NCBI GenBank assembly: GCA_002633005.1
Contig: NMRA01000499.1
Location: 124,001 to 188,000, forward strand
Source of the DNA: Phoronis australis
Taxonomy: Eukaryota; Animalia; Phoronida
Direction: 5' to 3'
Length of the DNA: 64,000 nt
A model generated the notes under the pieces. The model was not told the origin of the DNA and ran no database searches. It saw nothing but the letters and a program-made list of their open reading frames with translations. Of the stretch, positions 50,621 to 64,000 are shown piece after piece. Both the position numbers and the translations under genes were made by a program. How positions within the stretch are numbered: the stretch's first letter is position 1; the number at the start of each line of letters is the position of its first letter.

Positions 50621-53600
50621 AAGTTTGTGACATTTAATTATGTTCTTTAAGTTTTTATATTTAAAAAATATATATAAAAAGCGTTCCTGTACTTTGCAGG
50701 ATTCAATCTCTTGTATTATACGGGGGAAAATCACGACGATGTCGCAGGTTCTCTCGCAAAGTCTTGCTTCTTAGCGACTTCTTAGCGTTACTGAACACAA
50801 GGCGGACCTACAATGTAGAGTGACTCAAGTGACCTTGCCACTGCGCCATGAGTTTTGTTAGTGATCCTGGCTTGTATTTTGTTATGTGATGATTTTTTCC
50901 TTAACTTGTGCATGATGATAGTTGTGTTGTTTGATCTGACCAATCAGATAATAGATTTGTAGGTCATGGGGGATCATTTGGACATTTAACTTGGTTGCAA
51001 CTTATTCTGCTTACCTCAGTGCTTTGTTCAAGACATGTTCATGAGCAGTTCTCAGGTTAGTTAGTTTCTGCTTGCTATGGCATATGTTGCTTCAGTCTTG
51101 TAAGTTTACATGGTTTCTGCGACAGTAATTGTATTGTTGTAATGTGGAGACATTGCCATGTAGTGTTGTAGTGCAGTGTAATTTGCTAATTTGTTATTTT
51201 GTTATTCATTTCTTATTTAGGGCCCCGTGTTTGCGCAGGAGTATCAATTTATGCAGTGAATGTAAATTGTGTGTCGCTAGCTCTGTATTAACTTTATGTA
51301 ATATTAGTGTTCGTTGGTAACAGATAGGTTTCCATAAAGCTCAGGCGGTAACGCACTCAGTTGCAGTAACATGATAGGATTGACTGTAATCGTGTAATTG
51401 TATTGACATTTGCGTTGTGAACTTTGCTGATGTTATGGTAGTATGATAGCCTGTGTATAATTTGTGTAATTGACATAAATACGGGCGCAAGCAACGTAAA
51501 CTCTGTTGTTTTGCCTATGGTATTTATGACGTATTTATGATGGCTACTTTGATAGTTTTTAAATTACCAGTTTCATTATTGTATTTCATAGGGTGCTTTA
51601 TTTTGTCCCTGTGGGTCGTGAAATAAACAACAAAAGCTATGCACGTGTCTAATTTCTCTCCATCAACACATTCTCCGTTACAATAACACAATTTTGGTGT
51701 GAGAAATTCCCGCCAAGAGTGGGCCCGTTGACAATTTCGATGGCATCCCTTCGTTTCTTACTGCGGTATGTCTTTGGTCTGACGCTGTGGACCTTAAAGA
51801 AGAACCAAAACTTTAGCGTATACAGTAACTGTTTGTAATCCATAAAAGACTATATTACTCACATTAGAATATGGGCAATCTCTTAACCATGTGTCAACAG
51901 AACAGAATAAAAACAAGAAAATTAAAAGAAATATAATACAGGTAAGAATTGATAAAATTGAATTGCATATGGAATTCAAGTATCGAGTAGCAATGTATTT
52001 TACTATATTGTATTTTGCATTATGTAATGTATCTGTATTAATTGTATTTGTTACGGGGAGCATTTCTAGTTGTATTTGTTAGGGGGGGGCATTCGGAAAG
52101 AATAATGTCGACCCGTATTTGCATAAACTATGGGTTATGCTAATGAGTTATCCTCTTGTGAACTAGTTAGCTCCACTGAATTCACTGACATTGGAAACAT
52201 CGGTAAAAACATCAAAATGTATCTATGGTGCGGAATTTTGGATAATGGCGGCTGTTCTGGCGCAGTGTCGGCTAACAATCGAGAGAAACGCAATTGATTC
52301 TACAGCTTATTCTTTTATTCGAGTGACGTGTGCATAGACCAATCCGTAAACTGAAGCAAACCAAACCCTAAGTCACTTCTATGAAAATATACTACAAAAA
52401 ATGTCATTTACACAAACCAAGCAAATGTACATGTATCGAAACGACAATGTCAGTTGAACTTTGACCTTTGGTATGAAAATACTAGAAACGAAAAACGAAC
52501 ATAAATTTATACACAATTCAAACTAGGTATCAAATTACGTTAAAGAGTTATAATTACATGAGCAGGAAACGGACTCAGGGGTTTGTGAAGTGCAATCCCA
52601 AGGTCACAGTGAACAACGCCCGAGCCCCCTGCATGAATTACGAATAAATACGGCGAAATAAATGAAGCGAAAATACTGAAACTACGGACACGAGAGAATG
52701 CAATGCGCAAACTAGAAATATAACGATAAGTAAAAAGAACACTATTCACATCATGAGAACCCGGCAATCTCAATGACAGTGAAGACCAATAGCATATATA
52801 TGTGCCTGCACTGTACACAGAAATACGAATGAATAGAACTGGCGGGTAAACCACTTTAAAATGCCAGTATCACGTGACGAGTCCCCGATCAGGGGGAACT
52901 TCAAAATGCGTACAACTAGCAAAACAAAACTAAATATACATTGGCAATAAATATGATTGCGTTTTCAGTAACAGCGGCCTTAATTTGCATATTTAAAAAT
53001 GCTCGAAGTGGTCAAGATTACAACCCAACTAAAATGTACCAGGTGGACCATCTCAACATGAAAGCGCTTTGAAGAGCGACACAGTGCTTAGAATTGAGGT
53101 TGACGACAACAAGAATACTGACGTCTCGAGCACGACCATGACATCGATGACGACGCTGGCGCTGACAACGTCATCGGGTGATGCTATCAGCAAGTTGACG
53201 CTTGGACACCGAGTCATCACTTGGTTAACAACAGAACTGCAAATCATAATAAAGTCACTCATAATGGGTTTTCATGATGTGTTTAAATCACGTGTCCAAA
53301 TAAAATAAAAGAGGCGTTTCCATTTGTCCTGTTATTATTTGAAACCATCTTATCGTAGCGATTAGACATGATGACATAATTGACTAACGATAGCGTTGAA
53401 AATTTATCGTATGAATAGCAAGAAATCGAGGATTCGGCTGTGATTTCAGGTAGCCCTCAAACAAGCCAGAATTGCAAAAAAACATCTGGCAGGTTGACAG
53501 CACTTTTGGATCATGTTTTGGAATCTTTAACACGTGCGCACCCAGGAAGGAGGCTCGGGGGGCCTCGAACGTGACCCCATTTGGCAAAGTGGTCAAAAAG

Positions 53601-56167
53601 ATCCGCTTCGGAGAAAAAAACATTGAAAAAAAGTAAAAAACGATCGAGACAAAAGTACTCAAAAAGCAGGAACAAAGAAAATTCGGCGAATACACAATTC
53701 ATAGCTCTGAACGTATTCCATAAATCTTAGTAAATGATCCACATTCTTAAAAATTCGAGCACGCTCTTTTTAGACTGGGTGCGCGCGTGTTTAATGTAAG
53801 CCTATTTGCTTTCAGAATCTAGTGTTGGCTTATGTCGTGCATCGGCACAGAAGGGATGGTTCTGGGGTGTAATGTGTCAGTTTTGGGATTTAGCTCTTTT
53901 TTCTTAACATATTTATCAGTGGGAGTGAAAAGGCCAAAAATACAAGACTGGATAAACTTTCTATGCTCATCTGTAGGGTTTTGATGCGAAATGATTCAAA
54001 ACTTTTCATTCTTTGCATACATTTTTCGACAGAGTTATGTGTGTGTTCAGCATAGCAAAACCCCTTGAGAACTGTTCTGTGGCCCAATAGCAAACCACCG
54101 ATGACACCGCAGCTGGTACCGTTTGACAAACAAAATCCCATGATGTAAATGCCAAATGCTGTTACGAAACAAAACACCCTCGCCGGCGGTACGCAAACAA
54201 GGTCGACTTCATCATAGTCATTGTCAACAACACTGACGACGGTGATCATGGGGATGATCACATTAATGATGGATAGTACTGAAATAACGCAACGGTGTTA
54301 ATAAGCTATGCTATATAAACGAAAGTGTATTAAATTGAACAAATTTAATTTCCCAAATGAAAAGCACGTGTCTGGACATGAAAAAAATAACATTTTCCGG
54401 CAATTTAAAAATCACGAAAGCAACACAGGCTTATTTCAGGTTTCGAACCTACGATCTCAAATTTTACACGGTAGGTTCAAAAGGATAAATCTAAAAAATA
54501 TACGGGGAAATCTAAAAAGGAGGAAAATTTAAGAAGTGTGGGAAGAAACCTAAAAACAAGAGGGCGGGAAGGGAAATCTAAATAAGGGCGGAAAAATCTA
54601 AAAAATGACGGGAAGATCTAAGAAATGAAGGGAAAATCTAGAAAAGGGCCGGAAAACTAAGAAAGGGCCTGAAATCTCAATAAGAAAGAGTCTGAAATCT
54701 ATGAAAAGGCCGGATACCTAAACAGGAGAGAAAAGGTGAAAAAAAACGGAAAATCAGGCAATAAACGAAGAATAGTCATCTAAGCTGTAAATCTCGAATA
54801 TTTCAAGAACGGTAGGTCCAAGCGAGAAACGGATTTCAATAAACTGATAACGCTTGAGACGATCTGCCTATGATATCAAACTTCGAGACGCTAGATAAGT
54901 CAATTAGGACGCCGAAGGTAACTGCACAAAAACTCAAGTAATTGGAGAACAGTCATGGGAAAATCTCAATAACTCGAGAACTATGGTGTGTGAAATTATC
55001 TATCCACAGTGGAAAAAATCAAAAAAAATCCCTCCAGATGCAGGGAGCATTTCGCTTCGCGAACCAAAGTGGAAAGTGATGATTGTGCACTCGACTCTCT
55101 CTATCGGCGTGCGAACCGCCAAAAATTATGACAAAACAGAAGACTTGGAGAAGTTTTATTTCATCAAGTAATGAAAAAGTTTAAAATTCATACAAGTAGC
55201 TAATAGACTAACACCTCGCTCCATTTTTTTCTCTAACTTAATTGTTTTGAGACACAAGGGCTTGGCCGAGGCATTTTCACAAGACGACTTCAGGTGGCAC
55301 TACCGTACGTACGAAATAGTTACGCTAACCTACAGCCGCAGTCAATTTACAGGAAATCTCCTGAAATGGGTAGGTGTCAGTTTTTAGGATTTTTTGCGAG
55401 TTTAAACGTAGACTCTAGCTTGGACTGCGCTTGTAATCATACTACAAATGAGAAAAGAAAGTCCATTTTTTCATTTTCGACTGTAGATTTACGTTTTTGA
55501 AATGGCGGCTCCCGTTGCAGTTTGATGTGATTGTTTGAGTATCTAGGTTTCTGCTGCTGTACATTGTACCTACTCACTACCGTGGTTTCTGAATATTCCT
55601 GGACTCAAGCTTTTAGGTTGCTGGTTTGTTACTGCCTCTTTTCTTTACACTTCACATTCGCATATTGGGATTGGCACTGAATTTACTTATATTTCTCTGC
55701 TCCGCCTCCAGTCCATGTCACCGACACAAAAAAGTATTTGTCAGTGTGTTTTACTGCTGTTGCGATAGGCCTACACTCAGCCTACAGTGTAGCGACATCT
55801 CGTATTTAGTACGATGAAGCTAGTTAGGACATTGGATTGTTAGTCTGAGCAAGTGAGAAAGGTGACAATTTGATACAATGGTTTATCACGCTCATCTAGT
55901 ATTGATCTAAAATATTTTTCAACACCAAACTACTGTAGTTGGGACTAACTCTTAATGCGAAAGCAGAACTATAGACAGTTGCGCTGTCCATGCACATAAG
56001 TCAACAATAAAGGAATGGCATACATGTAAGGATGTGTCATGGCGCATTAATTGTATTTGTCATGTAAGTAACCTAGCCCCCTCGACTTGAGCACATTTTT
56101 TGGGTCAGAGATGATATCCTTTTTTTTTCGAGAAATTGACATTTAATGTATGAGGGACGGTAAATAG

Positions 56168-56759
56168 TAGTTAGTGACCACCATCTCAACCGGCCTTCGA
56201 GACAGTGAAGGTCCTATAGCCATAGGCACTTCATACGCCAGAAGTGAATTATGCCTCATACTGATTAAAACATCAAAGTCACATTGCTATAAGTACCTGT
56301 TGTGCGTTTGAGGGACACCTTAGGAGGCTGCCAATGTTTATAATTCCTTCCATCTTGAACAAATACTCCTGTAATTAAACTTTTTTCAAGCAGTCCTTCG
56401 TTCAGTTGCCCAAATCGGCAACTGGGCATTTTTAACACTGCGCGTGCCAGGTGATATATCAGGTCTGCCAGGTCATATCTTCTGGCACACAATGTTAAAA
56501 ATGGCCAGTTGCCGATTTGGACAACTAAACAAAGGACTGTTCGGAAAAAAGTTTGATTACGGCAGTATTTGTTCAATTTGGAGGGAATTAAAGACATCGA
56601 CGGCCTCCTTAGGTGTCCCTCAGATGCGCAACAGGTGCTTATAGCAATGTGACTTTGATGTCTTAATCAATGTGAAGCGCAATTCGCCGATAAGCTTCCG
56701 GGGTATGAGGCACAGCTTCATCCGTCTCAAACGGTGGTTGAGACAGTGGTCACTGGCTA
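56168..56759. repeat. About 590 bp diverged palindrome (foldback/MITE-like)
   Basis: Outer arms AGTGACCACCATCTCAACC / GGTTGAGACAGTGGTCACT; inner arms CATCAAAGTCACATTGCTATAAG / CTTATAGCAATGTGACTTTGATG; centre near 56465. Confidence 0.88.
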
Positions 56760-57815
56760 GATAAACAGCTGTAGGAAGGAATGGCTTTATCCAAAAGTGC
56801 CAAAATTATATCTATATAGTCCTCTCGCAGTTGGCACTGACTGAATATTTCATAATTGATTCTTTATGTTGCTAGAAGAAGACAATGTGATTTATTCAAA
56901 TGTATCATAGTGCTATAAGTTACATACTTTACTCTGAATCAGTCCATCCATTTACAAAACTGTTTATTTATATCCAGGTAAACCTGAAGCTATAGTGTCC
57001 CCTGAGCTCTACACCTCTCTTTGTTGAATTCACCATTATTATACTCGCTCCTGAGTCCAACAGAGGTCACCCCTGGCAAGCCACTCTGACACTTTTGATG
57101 ATTCATCGTGTTGTCACACACGTGTTCACCACCAGCTGCAGCAGGGTTTGTCTTCCAGCCATCCATTGTAAAATGACTCAGAACATGTTCAGTACAGAGC
57201 CCATAAAAGTGAGTTCTAATGATTGTGAGGAATGCTGTGAAATACAGTTTTTTCTCATCCTTTTATACTAAGTTCTATTTTGTCCCCTTTGTAGATAAAG
57301 TTCTCACTTTTGCATTGTATGGAACTTACGGTAACTGCTACTGGGTCACCGACCAATCAGTTGTGAGGCTTACGCAGTCATAACATTTGTGAACTCTGTC
57401 TTTTATTAGTCATGTTTAAATCTTAAGGGGAAGTCTCCTAGCAGATGAATTAAATTGTAATCAAATCTTCCAATATTCACATCGATTAAATTCCATGTAT
57501 TTGTTGATATGTCGTGTCCAAATGACAGGCAATAACTTTGAATCTCGAATCTTGCAGCAAACACAGGCAATGAACCCCGTATTGTCTGTATAAACATACA
57601 ATGTAATTATGTAAAATTAACAATTCCAATTGTCATTGTAGAAGTTGAATTCTTAAACTTTTGCTGGGTTTTATTGTTTTAAGTGCTTGATCCTTCCAAA
57701 CAAAATCTTAAATATTGCAAAGCTAAGGAATGCATTAATTTTGTGCTTAATTATTGTGGAAGATTTGTTCCTCAGTTTGATTAGGCAGACTATAAAACAA
57801 ATTGCCCCTTTTCAG

Positions 57816-60800
57816 CCTTCGAAAGAGTTCAACATTCCTGTTCCATGGGGTCACATTGCTGCCAAAGCCTGGGGCGATGAGAATGGCTGTCCAGTTTTAG
57901 GTGTCCATGGTTATTTAGATAATGCCAACACTTTTGCACGACTAGCTTCCTATTTACCATCAGGTAAGTTACATAGGCGGATTTAAGGGGGGGCCAGGGG
58001 GCTCGGCCCCCCCCCCCTTGGCTGCCGCAAAAAAATAAAACAGTAAGAGCGTAGGGAAATAAATGTTGAGTTTATTAATTAACCCCGGTAATTAAAAGTT
58101 TACGGATGAAAAAAGATTTAAATGTGTGCAGTTTTAGTGTTGGGGGGGGGGCTCAAATCCAATTTCAAGTGTCAAATTCGGAACACGGTGCATTCGTAAC
58201 GGAACTATGGCTAAGTATAGGCTCTCCCGCGATATCCCAAGCGACCGGCAGTGGCGCTGCGCACTACGACTCAGTTTCCGTCGTCTGCTCCACTGTGCAA
58301 TGAAGAAAATTTACTTCATTTTTTAAAGAAAATGGAACCTGAGTGACTGAGTGACACTGAGTTAGGATGAGCTTTTGCATTTCCAGCCGCCATAGCTTGA
58401 ATGTCAGAAAAGGTTATCTGCATACGTCATCTTTGACAATTTTTTGCCTACTTGTATGCCAGTCATTCAGTGACTAAAAATGCAAGTTCATGCGATCGTC
58501 TTTTAAACTGTGTGACAATCGTGCTTTTTTCAGTTTTGCAACCTAGAGTTTTGAGTAATTGCACTGATTTCAAGATTTTGCATACAGAAAGATGTGTGCT
58601 ATGTATTTTAGTCAGCTACATGGGGGAGTAGTAATTGTTTGTGTGGGATATGACTATAGAAAATTTCTTCAAATGTCCAATTTAGTACAAAACAGTTAGT
58701 TGACAAAAAATGTTATTTTCCTGGTGTGATGTATTTGTAGCGCAGGTATATGAGATTCCAAGTTGTAAACCTAGTCATGGCATTATGCTTGTCTTGAGCG
58801 GAAGATTTAACCAAATTTCCATATTCTAAAATTTCCTGAAAATCGTAAGACTATGCCTGGCTCCTAACATTGGTTATTACAGACTCTGTTAACTTCATTT
58901 ACTGTACCAAATCTTCATTTGTGTTTTAGACTTGTACTTTGTGTGTATCGACTGGCCTGGACATGGCTTTTCATCTCACAGACCTCCAGGAATGCTGTAT
59001 TATCATCCCGACTATGTGATGGACATAAAAAGAGTCACCAGCGGTAAGTCACAACATTTCACAGCTGGCTGTTTATAAGGAAAGCGAAACCAGTTTTAGC
59101 CCATTATCACTATACTAAAAACAACTTTCCTGTCCAATTCTCTGAAATGAAATAATGCTCTGTAACCCTCGACAACCCTCAAAAGTTTCAAAAAAAATAT
59201 GAAAACTCCTTTCAAAGTCTGCTAATCGGGCAAGCATAACCTATGCTTTTAGCGAATTACACGACATTACTGTGGGAAAAGACCACCCACCTATGACCAT
59301 AATGTCCAATTTGTGAAATAGGAGTACGAGTGTTTACTTAATTCCTGCTTTTATTTTCCAAGATTGACACCACTGATGCATTAGCAGGTGACAGAATAAG
59401 GATTGTTTGAAATCATCGAAACAGGATTTTAGTAATCCTTGAAAGTGTTTTGTTTTTATCCACGCTCATGTACGTGTGTGGGCGCGTATTGCCATCATCT
59501 TCGTCTGGTGTCTGACATTGATTACTGTGTCTCCAACAGCACTCACAAGATCTTCATGAAAATTGTTAGATATGTGTCTCTAGCAAGTAGACTGCGCTAC
59601 CCGTATATTTTTGTGGCCAAACTGCATCCTGTCAGTTTTTTGTAAGTTGCTGTCCATTTTTTGTAGCCTCCGCTTTCTGCTTAATGGGTGAAGGATGGTT
59701 GGCCATGAAATTTCAGAAATGTACTTGTATTGACTAGAGTATGGTTGATATTGATTTTCAGATAGAATGGTCTAGTTGACTTTATCTGTCACTATACGCA
59801 CACAAGTCAACTCAAACAAAACATTTGACGTATTATCTGTTCTGATGAACTTTTGGGACACTTTCAGTCGCTGCCACACCCGTTGACTGGTTCAATAACG
59901 AATGTTCTAACTTGCTGTCTCTATCGTTGACTCTCTATTGTCTCAGTAACTACTAACTCTCACTAGCTCTTGCCCGGCTATTTGTACAATGTTTAGATAT
60001 TCTGGTACATTCCGCCAATTCAGGCACATTCTAGATCTTTCTAGAATCTACCCAATCATTCTATAAACATGTACTAGGCTCTAGAGTGTTTCGGGTCATG
60101 GTTCTATATCAGTCATTAATATTTTTGAACATACTAGAATGTTCTCGCAGTTGTAATCAAATTGCGTAATCACTGGCCTGACATAACTAGGCCAGGTAAA
60201 TCAAGATTTAGCTACTACTAAACAAATAAATTAACTAAATAAATCTTATAGAGAACTCTGAAAAATCTCTAGTTTGGGACAGTCTATAATTTGGGACACT
60301 TAAACTCCCTTCCAAAAATTAAATTTTCGTGATTTTGGAATTTTGGACAAGGCTGATTTTCATATTCGACATATTTCTCAAATTTCAGAAAATTAATTTT
60401 TCTGCATCTCAAATTGTAGAATTTTCATCGTAAAACCTCCAGTACACTCCTGACACTGGTTTGGATACATTATGGCTGTTGAATTTAATTTTTAATCCAA
60501 CAATCAGTTTGTGGCAGAAACCAAAACAGGAGTCATGAATTATGTAGCAATTTCTTTTTATTATTTTGGTATGCTTGTAAATTTTGCATTATTAATTATG
60601 TAAGAAAATTTTGCATTATTAATTATGTAAGAAAATTTTGCATTATTAATTATGTAACCTATACCCCTTATAATAAGACCAGCTAGAAGAGTGTTGCATA
60701 CATTTCGTCAACTTTAACTCTGACTGTTTTCAGCTCTTGGTTGGAAGAAATTCTCCATCATTGGGCACAGCTTGGGTGCCGGAGTGGCATTTATGGTGAG

Positions 60801-61307
60801 TTTGTATCCTCTGGATCTTTAAATAGATGACTACAACTACGAGGTATGGATGTTGCTAACAAGCTTCTCTGTGCTTTCAAATCCACCATGAGTTCACCTT
60901 AATATTCCGTCAAATGGCCCTCATCTAGCTCAGAGCTGGTTAATGGTCTGATATAACGTGCCCGAATTTTAAGAATCAGTTTTCCCCACTTAATAACAAG
61001 CATCAAACGGGTTCTCAAAATGCGGGCACATTATATCAGACTACTGCCCAGAGCTGAGTGTATGCACCTTTGCATGAAACTGCTTTTGGTAACATGACAA
61101 GACCAAACCAATTTTATTGTTCCTCTGAATTCAAGTTATTTACGTATGATGGAACTTTACTGTGTACATTGTTGTCAATCATTATGCGATTCGCCAGCCT
61201 GACATGACCCAAATTCTCTTCGCATTTTACAGTTCGCTAGTGTCTTCCAAGACTTGGTCGACAAGCTGGTTCTTATAGAGAACTTGACACCTTTTCCAAG
61301 ATCGCCA
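57816..61307 (+). CDS. SERHL2: Serine hydrolase-like protein (SERHL/SERHL2/kraken family alpha/beta hydrolase), partial
   Basis: Exons 57816-57963, 58930-59043, 60734-60795, 61233-61307 in phase: IPVPWGHIAAKAWG..VHGYLDNANTF..IDWPGHGFSSH..KKFSIIGHSLGAG..DKLVLIE, including the GxSxG nucleophile elbow. Start exon not identified; 3' exons not found in the window. Confidence 0.92.
60578..60657. repeat. 27-bp tandem triplication
   Basis: AAATTTTGCATTATTAATTATGTAAGA repeated about three times. Confidence 0.85.
60929..61059. mobile_element. Small palindromic MITE-like element in a SERHL intron
   Basis: GTCTGATATAACGTGCCCGAATTTT pairs imperfectly with AAAATGCGGGCACATTATATCAGAC; outer CTCAG/CTGAG. 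Confidence 0.65.
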
Positions 61308-62464
61308 GTAAGTTTAGTTCTGTCATAATAGGTTTGTAATTATTTGATGATTAATTGTATGCACATGCACATGCATAATATGTGGTCGCATATTGCTATC
61401 ATCTGCAGCAGTGTCTCCTGAACCCTTAGCAAGATGTTCATTGAATTATGAAGCTGATGACAGATGAGGACAGCTTTCTTACTGCTTCGACTACTACTGT
61501 GCTCCTAGTGGCAATTTTATTTTGTACGTTTTCGTTTTAATCTTCGGTTTTCCTATACAGATGTTTATGAAATTTGGAAATTCAGTTTTCATTAAAGACA
61601 TGATGACACCTTCCTGATTTCATCTATGTCGGACCTATTGTACACCTTCGAGTGGTCATTATTATTGCTTTGGGGTTCTTTGGCGTCTGTCTCTCTGTCA
61701 AACAAAGTACTCTAAGGATTATTATGACGACTGACAATGATTTTCAGACAGTCCGGACTACCGTGTGGCAGGATCTTTGATAACTTTGACTAGTGTATTT
61801 CTAGGAACGTGGCAACAGATGAAGATGACTTTCGGCCACATTTGATTACTGTTGTGCCTCCTATGGGCGATTTTATTTTTTAAATGTTTTCCTCCATCAA
61901 TTTGGAGTTCTTTGATACCTTCTCTTTTAACGCGGGAAATAGCTTTCCATTCAAAAGACAATACCACCTTCCTATTTTTGGGTGGGTTTGACATACTTTA
62001 TGCCACCCAGTGGCTATTTTTATTGAGTCTGGTTTTTGGTGTGTGCTTCTTTGTCATCCAAATCACTCTAAGGATCGTTTTGAAAATTGGCATGTGTGTT
62101 CCTACTTGGAAGTGCATAGCTGACAAAGATGTTTGAAGGGGCCCAACTGCTGTGGCGCCCTCTCATGGCAGTTTTATTTTTTTTGCCTGTGGCTCAATAC
62201 GAGTTCCTTGATTGACCCTCATGAAATTTGGCATATGTTTCTTTTGAGGAGAGTACAATTTATGTGGATTTTGGGACAAATCTGACTACTGTGGAGTCCC
62301 CTAGTGGCAATTTTGTTTTTCTTGGCGTGTGCAGATGATTATGAATATTGGCATATCTGTTCCTACTGGGAATTTTTTTCTGCCTGTGTCTCAGTATTTG
62401 CCAAATTCCTTGATGGATCTTCTACAAATTTGTATGTAAATAAAACAACGCTGGATTTAAATCG

Positions 62465-62507
62465 GCTTGACACGTTTCGGTGTCAAACCTACACCATCCT
62501 CAGAAGC
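62465..62507 (-). ncRNA. Minimal type I hammerhead ribozyme motif within a Penelope-like inverted end
   Basis: Minus strand GCTT-CTGAGGA-T-GGTGT-AGGTTTG-ACACC-GAA-AC-GT-GTC-AAGC: stem I GCUU/AAGC, stem II GGUGU/ACACC, GUC cleavage triplet. Embedded in the inverted repeat 62441-62553. Confidence 0.75.
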
Positions 62508-64000
62508 AAAAAACCGAATCATGTCAAGCCGTTTTAAATCCAGTGTTGTTTTTATCAACATAAGCTGCTACTTGCTATCGTGGAAATTGTATGTGTTTCT
62601 ATTGAGGACAGTACAACTGACTTGGATTTTGGGACAAATCTGAGTACTGTGGAGCCCCCTAGTGGCAATTTTGGTTTCTTCATGTTTGCTTTTTCTACCA
62701 AGTTCCTTGATGGATGTTCATGAAATTTGGCAAGTAAGGTATGAATTGGACTGCATTCTTCATCATTCCCTTCCTATGCAAACTGATTGAAGAATGACAT
62801 TGAAAGGTAGCATGTGTATTCCTGTAGAGGAGAGCATTGCTGACTTGCTATGCGCCCCCTAGAGGCTATTTTGTTCACTAGCGATGCTTCCTTTAGTGAG
62901 AATGTTTAACATTATGATCAAACACTTTTATGACTTATTGATAACAAAATCGCCACATATGCTGGGGATTGGCATATGACTCATTGGCAAGATCAGCCTT
63001 TCATCGATCAATATATAACCGTGGCAAGCACCTGATGACAATTTTCCAAAGAGGTGTAAAATTTGTTTCCACATTTCGAATTTTTTGTGTTTAATTGCCG
63101 TGTAAAAGTTAAGAATTGTTACAGGCTGCTGGCATTGATCTTTTGACACATCTAGACAGTAATTTTTTGTTTGCACGTTGGAACGGATATTTGTGGTAAA
63201 ATTTTGTCCTGAGCCTGAGTTCTCAACAATTCTTCATTGGAGTTGCTTTTGTTTTGCTTTCTACTGTGTAGTTATTAATTAGAGATTACGCATATAAATG
63301 CTTCAAACAAATTACATATTTCATGAATCAGTACCTGCTAGTCATTGTTCAGGCCACTACACTGTTTCCTTTCTCAAAAACTTTTGCAACATCTTTATCA
63401 CAGCCTTCTTGAGTGACGTGTGAACTATTTTATATTTTAGGAAGGGCACGGAGAACGCTTCAGTCGCAGTTTTCAACAGTTGGTCAGAATTGAAGCGTTT
63501 CGTAAAGAGGATGAAGTGTACTACTCCAAACAAGACCTTATAGATATGTAGGGTGGATTTTATTGATAAGCTATTTATGGTGGTATAAAGTTGTCTCAAC
63601 TTTGCCAAAACGCCAGTGTTGTAATTCGATCTTTTAAGTTTACGACATCGGTCCATGATGCTCCTAACCAAGTAGGGATCATATCAGAAAAATGCGGATA
63701 TGATTAATTTGACACGTAGAGCCCCAAATTCATGGGTCAATTTTGAGGACTTATTGGTCACTAGCTTGTGTTTTGTATGGGCATTTTAAACACAGCGACC
63801 TTCAAAAAGTCGGTAAGACGTAATAAGCCCTGAATGTGGACACGACTGTAATATTAGTCGAGATAACAATCACTGTTTGCTGCAATCACTGTTTTTATGT
63901 GTCATCTATGAGGACCTGCTCCAAAATGAGCTCTGCTAAGGTTAGACATGTTTCTAAATAAGTAAGCTTTTGCAGAAATACTGACATTAATTGGGTTATT

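Noticed and set aside
55502-55525. ATGGCGGCT as the SERHL start codon
   Set aside because: The frame closes after 7 codons with no donor. It may be a YY1-like promoter motif, but that cannot be supported from sequence alone.
63357-63671. 104-aa minus-strand ORF
   Set aside because: No recognisable motif or splice context; lies antisense within the presumed SERHL intron.

Overview
AT-rich, intron-containing metazoan DNA (probably a marine invertebrate; inferred from gene and repeat content). Most entries in the ORF track are exon pieces or noise. Three host genes can be assembled by hand from GT-AG exons with consistent phases. (1) A 5'-incomplete + strand gene with 19 exons (886-22834, about 1,377 aa visible). 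It encodes a beta-rich region with a furin-type RVRR site, two tandem Hedgehog N-terminal-like (Hedge) domains each carrying a 4-Cys insert, a peptidase M15A (DD-peptidase)-like domain, and a C-terminal region resembling the ADP-ribosyl cyclase (CD38) fold. It has no Hint domain and degenerate zinc sites. This is the most interesting object in the window. (2) A 3-coding-exon SLC10 sodium/bile-acid cotransporter family gene on the - strand (25286-29081). (3) A partial SERHL/SERHL2-like alpha/beta hydrolase gene on the + strand (57816-61307, both ends missing). The rest is mobile-element debris: a LINE RT fragment interrupted by a CAC...GTG palindromic element, a Polinton/Maverick-type DNA polymerase B pseudogene, a Helentron-like element with an array of CTCF-like motifs and an inserted tRNA-SINE, Academ-like and Gypsy fragments, several foldback elements, two minimal hammerhead ribozyme motifs and micro/minisatellites. 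All family assignments come from motif recognition by eye, not database searches.
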